33,199 nt of DNA. Source: Spironucleus salmonicida. Its lineage: Eukaryota. Below, in pieces: positions 1-8,005 of this stretch. The notes beneath the pieces are model-generated. The model was not told where the DNA came from. It searched no databases and saw only the letters and a list, made by a program, of their open reading frames with translations. Within the stretch, counting starts at the first letter, position 1. Every line of letters begins with the position of its first letter. The DNA is taken from positions 1-33,199 of the forward strand of contig NW_027150713.1 in assembly GCF_000497125.1 (NCBI RefSeq), in the 5' to 3' direction. Position numbers and translations under genes: made by a program.

Positions 1-500
1 AACCTACTACCTACCTACCTACCTACCTACCTACCTACCTACCTACCTACCTACCTACCTACCTACCTACCTACCTACCTACCTACCTACCTACCTACCT
101 ACCTACCTACCTACCTACCTACCTACCTACCTACCTACCTACCTACCTACCTACCTACCTACCTACCTACCTACCTACCTACCTACCTACCTACCTACCT
201 ACCTACCTACCTACCTACCTACCTACCTACCTACCTACCTACCTACCTACCTACCTACCTACCTACCTACCTACCTACCTACCTACCTACCTACCTACCT
301 ACCTACCTACCTACCTACCTACCTACCTACCTACCTACCTACCTACCTACCTACCTACCTACCTACCTACCTACCTACCTACCTACCTACCTACCTACCT
401 ACCTACCTACCTACCTACCTACCTACCTACCTACCTACCTACCTACCTACCTACCTACCTACCTACCTACCTACCTACCTACCTACCTACCTATACCTAC
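1..500 (-). repeat. Telomeric repeat tract (TAGG)n, seen as (ACCT)n on the + strand
   Basis: Perfect ACCT tetramers run from 9 to 492 (121 units), with one ACT variant at 6-8 and a degenerate ATACCTAC at 493-500. The C-rich strand sits at the 5' end of the window, as expected for a left chromosome end. Confidence 0.93.
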
Positions 501-523
501 ATGTTATACTAATATATATTTCT

Positions 524-681
524 TTCCTTTTACGGATATAACCTTCCTAAAAGTGATATAACCTTCCTTTTACGGATATAACCTTCCTAAAAGTGATATA
601 ACCTTCCTTTTACGGATATAACCTTCCTAAAAGTGATATAACCTTCCTTTTACGGATATAACCTTCCTAAAAGTGATATAA
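524..681. repeat. Subtelomeric minisatellite: 4 x 40 bp made of alternating 20-bp monomers TTCCTTTTACGGATATAACC / TTCCTAAAAGTGATATAACC
   Basis: Eight 20-bp monomers are directly visible in ABABABAB order. The GATATAA core recurs at 751, 771 and 791 with the same 20-nt spacing. Confidence 0.95.
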
Positions 682-1005
682 TCTTCATATTCTCCTTAAA
701 TTAAAAAAAATAAAAATAATTCCTTTCATATAATAATTTATTTTTTATCTGATATAACACTAATTCAGGTGATATAATATGTGTTTAAATGATATAACAT
801 TACTTAAATTGAAGTATGTAGTATTTATAATTTTTTAAAAAGTTAAAAATAAAAATAAAAAATCAGTATTCTTCAGGATAAAATATTGCTAATTTTCATA
901 TAGCTTAATACTATAAATATTATTATTTACTTATATCACTAATGGAATTTAAAATTAAATTAATATTTTCATTCCTAAAATATATTTGAAAAAAAATCAA
1001 CATTT

Positions 1006-1207
1006 GGCAGATGACTGGTATAGCTGAATTCATACATGGCCAGAACAGGTGCTAAAATTTACCCTAAAATAGGTACGATGGAGCTGTAGTGGTTACCTGC
1101 AAGCATAATTAAAAAAATTAGTGTGCGAAATAATAAAACTAAATGGTAGTATTGACGGTTTTAATCAAAAAGACAATAGACAGTGAGTTCAATTCCCACT
1201 GTCTGCA
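1006..1207 (-). other. Putative 3' external transcribed spacer with stem-loops
   Basis: GC-richer island just downstream of the LSU on the minus strand. A 10-bp hairpin at 1178-1204 reads AGACAGTGGG-AATTGAA-CTCACTGTCT on minus, giving a G-U pair on minus but an A-C mismatch on plus. Confidence 0.45.
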
Positions 1208-1239
1208 AAATTAATAATCTAAACTATATATTTTGCATA

Positions 1240-1501
1240 GCTTAACGACTCAATCGAAACTTTATCGTGAACACTAGCAAATATTTTCTAGAAAAGATTT
1301 GCTAATTGCAAATCAGCATTCTTGCCTCAATGATCTATTGATCGCGACGCTCTTGTGGGGTAGTTTCACACTTAGATGCAGTCAGCGCTAATCTGTCTTG
1401 GGTGGCTTCGCAGCACTGGTATGTCAACCAACTGCATAAACTAGAGCCAAGTACAAATGGTTCCTCTCGTACTGAAATTGTATGCCACTTAAGTGATAGG
1501 A

Positions 1502-1558
<57 letters not shown>

Positions 1559-1649
1559 CACGGGTGAACAATCCGACACTTTCACAATTATGCTTGTGAA
1601 TGATAGGAAGAGCCGACATCGAAGAATCAAAAAGCCACGTCGCTATGAT

Positions 1650-1693
<44 letters not shown>

Positions 1694-4102
1694 TCACCTT
1701 TATGTTAACAATCTAAACAAGTTAAAGGATCGATAGGCCACGCTTTCACGGTGTATCTCGCCAATGACGAAATAAATCAGGTGAGCTTTTGCCCTTTTAC
1801 TCTACAACAGGTTTCCGTCCTGTTTGAGCTCACTTTAGGACGCCTGCGTTGCTTTTTAGCAGGCGCGCCGCCCCAGCCAAACTCCCCATCAAACGATGTA
1901 TATGAATAACATTAATTACTAAGATAATGGATTTACCATATAAGCGGAACAATGAGAGGTATCAGGGTTTTTCATGGTTGATTACTCTGCCCTGTAGCCT
2001 ACATTACCACCATCGTTCCACAACGTCTAACTAGAGTCAAGCTCAACAGGGTCTTCTTGCCCCGCTGGCCATTACCACTCGCCCGTTCCCGAGTCTGTAG
2101 TTTCGCGAAGATGCATCTAGGGACAGTAAGAACCTCGTTAATCCATTCATGCACGTCCAAAATTACTGGACGAGGCATTTGGCTACCTTAAAAGAGTCAT
2201 AGTTACTCCCGCCGTTTACCAGAGCTTGAATAACTTTCATCATATTGACATGCATAGCACTGGGCAGAAATCACATCGTGTCAAAACAAGTTGAAGCTAT
2301 CACGATGCTATGTTTTAATTAGACAGTCAGGTTCTTCTTGTCCGTTCCAGTTCTGATAGTAAGGAATTATCATCTCTTGAAGAGCAGTTCTATTCAACTA
2401 GACCTGAAAGTAAACCCTCAAGTTTCGTCGGTAGACATAAGCAGGACAAAAGATGATCCTAGATCAGAGCCACCCCTTTTCCCAAAGTTACGGAGCTAAT
2501 TTGCCGACTTCCCTTAGACACGTTATCTTCACACTAGAGGTTGTTAACCTTAGAGACCTGATGCGGTTATGGGTACGCCGTGACATGTTTATTAACTGGT
2601 ATTTTTCATGGGACTTCCCTAATCACGTTATACCGCAAATGCGATATTCTTCCGGTTACAATGCAGCTTCTATGACTAAATCATTCCACTGCGTTGACGC
2701 CGTTAAGAAGAAAAGACTATCCTTCAACGGACTAAAAGAAGTCTGGTACCAGGCAACTAGTCGCCTATAACAAATCACTAACGGGAATATTAACCCGTTT
2801 CCCTTTCGACCAGAGAATGGGACTAGCCACATGCCTTCTATTTTTCAACAGTCGCTTAGGAACGTATCACCCACGAGTCGTATAACGGCGCCGTGGAAGC
2901 CTTCTCTTCTTCAGTCTTCTGGCATACCAGAATAATTGCTACTACTACCTAGATCTGCACTAAAGTAACCTCTATACGACCTCACGATCATACTTCTAAG
3001 GTAACTTCACGACCTCCTACCCATTTTTGTGGTGCAGTATAAATACCAGGTTTAAGCGCGATCCATTTTTCGGACTAGGTAATTCGGCTGGTGGGTTGTT
3101 ACACACTCCTTAGAGAATTCCAACTTCTATGGCCATCTTCCAGCTGTCAATATTACCTAACGCCGTTTAGTCTGATGAACCTGGTTTACGCACTTTAACT
3201 GCACTATCGGAGCAATCCGCCTTGCCAATCCTGCTTACCAAGAGGGGCCCACTAGTTAACACTTGTATTTAAAATTACCCTTCAATTAAGAAAGAATAAC
3301 GCTCTGTATTCGGAGTTTGAGAGTCGGATGAGGACTGATCCCCACTATCTCCAATCATTGTCTCTACTACTAGAAACTACATTGTTAACCGCTATCCTGA
3401 GAGAAATTTCGGAGGTAACCAGCTACTAGATGGTTCGATGAGTCTTTCGCCCCTATACCCAACTCTGACAAGCGATTTGCACGTCAGCAACGTTACGAAC
3501 CTCCATCAGTCTTTCGACTGACTTCATTCTGGTCAGGTATAGATCACTATCTTTCGGGTCTACTTCGGCCGGCTTAGCCTAAAAGAATTATGGCAATTTA
3601 ATTATGACTTTCATTGCGCAGGATAGTTTAACACTATAATACTCGCCGGTCAAAATAAGTCCTAGGTCCGTGTTTCGAGACGGGCGAGAAGCCTGCAAAT
3701 ATTAATTACAGACATCCCCTTTAAGAAAGGGTTTCACGTCCTTTTAAATGACCCTTTAAGAGTCTGCTTTTCACAATTCGCTCACGCTACTCGGTACACT
3801 ATCGGTCTTGGATCGCTATTTAGTCTTAGAAGGATTGTACCTCCTGATTCATACTATACTCTCAAACAGTACTACTTAATCCATCATAAAGTGCAACGTT
3901 CTACAGGGACTTTCACCCTCTTTGGTCAGCCATTCCGGACTGTTACGAACTCTAGCAATATGAAGACAGACAACTCAGACGATTACTGTCAGACATTTCC
4001 CTTTTCGCTCGCCGCTACTAGAGGAATCTCTGTTGATTTCTTTTCCTTGGCTTATTGATATGCTTAAGTTCAGCCAGTAATCCACATTGAACCAGACGAC
4101 AA
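1240..4102 (-). rRNA. Large-subunit (28S-type) rRNA, compact, about 2.86 kb
   Basis: Reverse complements of universal motifs are present: sarcin-ricin loop AGTACGAGAGGAAC (1460-1473), peptidyl-transferase region GGGATAACTGGCTTGTGG...TTCGATGTCGGCTCTTCC (about 1606-1678), TTAAGGTAGCCAAA (2178-2191) and 5' GCTGAACTTAAGCATATCAATAAGC (about 4050-4074). The 3' end is approximate. Confidence 0.97.
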
Positions 4103-4140
4103 ATGATTTTGTTTATCTTTAATTAACGTTAGTTATTTTT
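4103..4140 (-). other. ITS2, about 38 nt, AT-rich
   Basis: Lies between the 5.8S 3' end (ACATTGTTCCAGAACGG) and the LSU 5' end (TCGTCTGGTTCAATGT). These two ends base-pair with each other, as in the canonical proximal stem. Confidence 0.75.
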
Positions 4141-4280
4141 GAGACCGTTCTGGAACAATGTTTAGAGTATTACATTCAAGAATCGATGCTTCGCAGGTCA
4201 TTACAGGTCCACATCGCAAATATCGCTTTGTGTCACGCTCTTCCTCGATATCCAAACCAATGGATCCACCCAATCCTATT
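4141..4280 (-). rRNA. 5.8S rRNA, about 140 nt
   Basis: Minus strand reads GGTGGATCCATTGGTTTGGATATCGAGGAAGAGCGTGAC...GCATCGATTCTTGAATGTAA, matching the 5.8S GGATC..TTGG, TCGATGAAGAACG and CATCGAATCTTTGAACGCA motifs. Its 3' end pairs with the LSU 5' end. Boundaries are approximate. Confidence 0.88.
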
Positions 4281-4328
4281 GGTAGTAAAGAGCGAACTCC
4301 TACTACCTAAAATTGTGAGATGATAATT
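4281..4328 (-). other. ITS1, about 48 nt, containing one UUCG-capped hairpin
   Basis: Minus strand GGTAGTAGGAG-TTCG-CTCTTTACTACC at 4281-4307, between the SSU 3' end and the 5.8S. Confidence 0.75.
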
Positions 4329-5823
4329 TAATGATCCTGCTGCAGGTTCCCCTACAGCAGCCTTGTTACGACTTCTCCTTCCTCTAGAAGAGCGGGCTCG
4401 CAATTGTTGCTACATAACGATACGAAATGTAGGTCCGAATAACTCACCAGATCTTCCCAATCAGTAGGAGCGACGGGCGGTGTGTACAAGGGGTAGGGAC
4501 GTAATCAGCGTAGATTCATAACCTACACTTACTAGACATTCCTCATTTATGAAGGATAATTTCAACCTTCAAGCCTAACCACGACAAGTTTTAATGAACT
4601 GCCACCATTTTCAGGGAAGCAACACGATGAACCTGCCATTGTAGTACGCGTGCGGCCTAGGGCTTCTAAGGGCATCACAGACCTGTTTTTGCCTCTGCCT
4701 TCCTCTAGTTCATCACTAGCAGTCTCAGATAATTAATCTGATAGAGGTCTCGTTCGTTATCGCAATAAAGCAGACAATTTAAATCACGGACTAAGAACGG
4801 CCATGCACCACCAACAACTTAATCATGAAAGATCACTCATCTGTCAATCCTCAAAGCTTCTGGGCCTAGTAAGATTTGCGTGTTGAGTCAAATTGAGCCG
4901 CAGACTCCACGTCTGGTGGTACCTCTCCGTCAATCCCTTCAAGTTTCAACCTTGCGATCATACTTCCCCCAGAGTCTGAAACCTTACGATTTCTCTTGGC
5001 AAATGAAGTAAAAACCCCATCAGCTAGGCGACATCGTTTAGGGTCAGGAATAAAACGGTTTCTAATCGTCGTCTATCCCCTGACTTTAGTTCTTGATCGT
5101 GATACTTAGACTGCGTTGGGAGCCTCCGCTACCGTTGGTCTTCGATAGATCATCCTATTTCACCTGTCCCTATCGAGTACCCCAAACTACGCCAAATACC
5201 GCATTATAATTTCATACTATAAAAACAGTTAAGTAGTTATAAACACTTAGATTTACTTATAGTGAAAAAGAAAATAAACTACGAACTTTTTAACTGCAGC
5301 AACACAATAGAATACTCTCCGTGTCGGAATTACCGCGGCTGCTGGCACCGAGCTTTCCCACGAATAACCGGTTAGCTTAGATATAACAGGCCCTAGATGG
5401 TGTACAAAAGTACCCTTCATTTCTTGTCACTGCCTCGTAACGAATACATTGGGCAATTTCCGCGCCTGCTGCCTTCCTTAGATGTATGAGCTGTTTCTCA
5501 TGCTCATTCTCCGGAGTCAAACCCTAATTCCCCGTAAGCGTCGAATCCTTGGTAGGCAAATACCCCACCAACGTAAGATGATGCTGCAGTGGCAGATATG
5601 CAAACGTACTTACTATTATCTTTAGTAGAATACTAAACATAGTTCATGTATTACTAACAGATTTTCCGTTACTATCCAACGAAATACATTGCATGTACTA
5701 ACCACTGATAAATGAGCTGTTCGCCGTCTTCGCTCCACAATAATGAATATAACTGTCTACACATAGGCATGCATGGCTTAATCTTTAAGAGAAGTATGCT
5801 ATCCTGGCAGGGTCAACCAGATA
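4329..5823 (-). rRNA. Small-subunit (18S-type) rRNA, about 1495 nt
   Basis: Minus strand has 5' TATCTGGTTGACCCTGCCAG (5804-5823), GTGCCAGCAGCCGCGGTAATTCC (about 5326-5348), TGTACACACCGCCCGT (4473-4488) and 3' GTCGTAACAAGG...GGATCATTA. The short length and AATTCCGACAC after the 530 loop resemble hexamitid diplomonad SSU as I recall it (not searched). Confidence 0.98.
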
Positions 5824-6076
5824 ATAATAATGAAAAAATTTCAAAAGTAAAATTAAGTAGTACCCGAATATTAATAAATATTAATTATATTTTTTAACAT
5901 ATTTTGTTAAATATATCCCGCATTAAAAATGCGATTGAATGATGATTAAAAGGTGATATTAATAGTTAACCCCGCTAATAGGGGTGTTTTGTTGTATTCT
6001 ATAGTTAAAAAGATACTTGTAGTTATAGAATACATTGCATAATGAAGAAATGTGTTGAATAAATATATTTATATGA

Positions 6077-6534
6077 TTTTAGGTAGGGCGGCATTATTTT
6101 AGGTAAGGGTGGTTTTAGGTAAGGGTGGTTTAAGGAAGGGTGGTTTAAGGAAGGGTGGTTTAAGGGAATGGAGGTATTATTTTAGGTAAGGGTGGTTTTA
6201 GGTAAGGGTGGTTTAAGGAAGGGTGGTTTAAGGGAATGGAGGTATTATTTTAGGTAAGGGTGGTTTTAGGTAAGGGTGGTTTAAGGAAGGGTGGTTTAAG
6301 GGAATGGAGGTATTATTTTAGGTAAGGGTGGTTTTAGGTAAGGGTGGTTTTAAGGAAGGGTGATTTAAGGGAATGGAGGTATTATTTTAGGTAAGGGTGG
6401 TTTTAGGTAAGGGTGGTTTTAAGGAAGGGTGATTTAAGGAAGGGTGATTTAAGGGAATGGAGGTATTATTTTAGGTAAGGGTGGTTTTAGGTAAGGGTGA
6501 TTTAAGGAAGGGTGATTTAAGGGAAGGGTGATTT
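6077..6534. repeat. G-rich intergenic-spacer minisatellite with higher-order structure
   Basis: 15-16-bp monomers TTTTAGGTAAGGGTGG, TTTAAGGAAGGGTGG/A and TTTAAGGGAATGGAGG are arranged in blocks of about 67-83 bp, each starting at (G/C)ATTATTTTAGG. The array begins about 250 nt upstream of the SSU 5' end. Confidence 0.92.
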
Positions 6535-6644
6535 ATTTTTAAGAGAACAAAAAAATACATAATTGCAACTAAGCACTATTCTACTTCCGTAGTTAAAATT
6601 ACTACAAAATTCTTGATAATACAGTTATTCTAATTCATCATTTT

Positions 6645-6982
6645 GTTATTTGTGACAACAAATTAGACGAATCTAATTATCATGTCAAATCTCAATGTCT
6701 ATTAAAAGCCTTCGCGCATAATCCTGAATGACTATCATTACCCCCTAAGTATGAAGTTTAAAATTTCACCGGTTAAGGTTATCGACCAACTTGCAGGTAT
6801 TTAAGCGATAGCAGCCGCAGAACATATGCAGCTTAAAATAGACATTATGCTCGTTATCCGAAAATAACGAGTTGAGATAATCCAACCTAAAATAAGATCT
6901 AGACATAGGGATAGGTCACAAGAGACAAGCATCATCCGCAGGCCTCTTCCTCACTATCGATAGTAGGTCAGTTTCAAATAAC
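6645..6982 (-). ncRNA. Candidate structured RNA domain A (paralog of domain B), family unknown
   Basis: Closed by GTTATTTG/CAAATAAC (6645-6652/6975-6982). It has UUCG hairpins at 6661-6678 and 6850-6871, and the stem AATGTCTATT/AATAGACATT (6694-6703/6837-6846) encloses a 133-nt insert. Stems covary with domain B. Confidence 0.6.
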
Positions 6983-7114
6983 GCTAATCTGATTCAGAAT
7001 GATAGTATTATCAATACAATTGCATAATCTATTTTATTTAGGGGGACGTGTTAATTTTACAATTGGGTCTGTCCCAAAACTTCATAGTAGATCGTAATCT
7101 CCACTATCTACTCA

Positions 7115-7404
7115 CACTATCTGGAAACAACAAACCAGACGAATCTGGTTCAAAGCACTACAAGGGTGAATACCGACACGTAATCTTTTAGCGTGGTCAA
7201 ACCACCGTTACGAAGAGTTCTGTTATGTAGTGCAGATGTCAAATTTTAATGTCTATAAATAGACATTCTTGTTATCCGAAAATAACAAGTTAAATAAATT
7301 AACTTAAGATAAGATCTTGCGATGCATAGGGACAGATCATAAGGAGCATGCATCGCTGCATGCCACATGGTCACTATCGATAATAAGCTTCATTTCAAAT
7401 AGTG
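7115..7404 (-). ncRNA. Candidate structured RNA domain B (paralog of domain A), family unknown
   Basis: Closed on minus by CACTATTTG/CAGATAGTG (7396-7404/7115-7123, one G-U). It has UUCG hairpins at 7133-7150 and 7268-7289, a GCGATGCAT/ATGCATCGC stem, and an insert closed by GCACTACA/TGTAGTGC (7155-7162/7226-7233). Confidence 0.6.
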
Positions 7405-7569
7405 CTAGTAGATTGTGTTATCTAAATATAGATAATTTTCTACTATTGGGTTTCTCTCCTAATCAGTAATACCTTTCCTTATTACCGATAGTGGGACCCG
7501 ACCCAATTGGTCCCACATATATATAGTCAATTTCAAGAGGACAGCTTAGATGCCTGGGTATATTAGTTA

Positions 7570-8005
7570 AACTTCATTTTTTCTTACAATATTTTTTTCT
7601 AAAAATAGATTCATCAATAATATATTATGTATAATATAAAATTTAGTAAAATAAATAATAGTTATTATATATTTATAATTATATTTTTATTTATCTTATA
7701 CTATAAATAGAATAAACATTTAAAATATCATTTATATATAAATATTACTAATATATTATATATTATTGAGTTTTTAGATTAATTTTCAGTTTCTAATATT
7801 TTAAAAATATATATATACTACTATATAATAATGTGTTATTACTATTAATCTTATATTCAATATAATAATATGTTTAATTAATTTTTCACTTTAATAATTT
7901 TAATAATTTATAAATATGTATTTATATATATTATATAACACATATTTTTTAAAATATATAAATTTTACAAATAATTATAAAATTTAATAAAATTTAATAT
8001 CTATG
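7570..8005. other. Extremely AT-rich low-complexity tract
   Basis: Almost only A/T, with TA runs. It has a sharp boundary with the GC-richer structured island at about 7565. Confidence 0.7.

Noticed and set aside
524-681. CRISPR-like repeat/spacer appearance
   Set aside because: The intervening sequences are identical rather than unique spacers, the context is eukaryotic, and there are no cas genes.
1007-1207. tRNA/tmRNA-like ends on plus (GCAGATG...GTGAG-TTCAATT-CCCAC-TGTCTGC-A)
   Set aside because: There is no D-arm or anticodon arm, no G3-U70 alanine identity and no convincing tag frame. The T-arm-like hairpin pairs better on the minus strand as part of a longer stem.
2178-2191. R2 retrotransposon target site in LSU
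   Set aside because: The site TTAAGGTAGCCAAA is intact, and no insertion or intron is evident in either rRNA.
2453-2770. 105-aa ORF on plus
   Set aside because: It is antisense to conserved LSU rRNA, a typical spurious rRNA-shadow ORF.
1240-5823. Microsporidian or nucleomorph origin; linked 5S gene
   Set aside because: The SSU 5' end is not the microsporidian CACCAGGTTGATTCTGCC type and an ITS2 appears present. Gene-free repeat arrays are unlike a nucleomorph. No 5S-like sequence was recognised.
5712-5897. 61-aa ORF on plus
   Set aside because: It is antisense to the SSU 5' end and adjacent spacer.
6963-6968. ACCTAC on minus as a possible telomerase template (1.5 TAGG repeats) within domain A
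   Set aside because: It is only 6 nt, is predicted to be paired with TAGGT, and is not conserved in domain B (GCTTAT).
6725-7565. Group I P7-like GACTA/TAGTC and hairpin-ribozyme-like GGTATATTA on plus
   Set aside because: These are isolated short matches without the rest of either core, and they lie on the strand disfavoured by the UUCG and G-U evidence.
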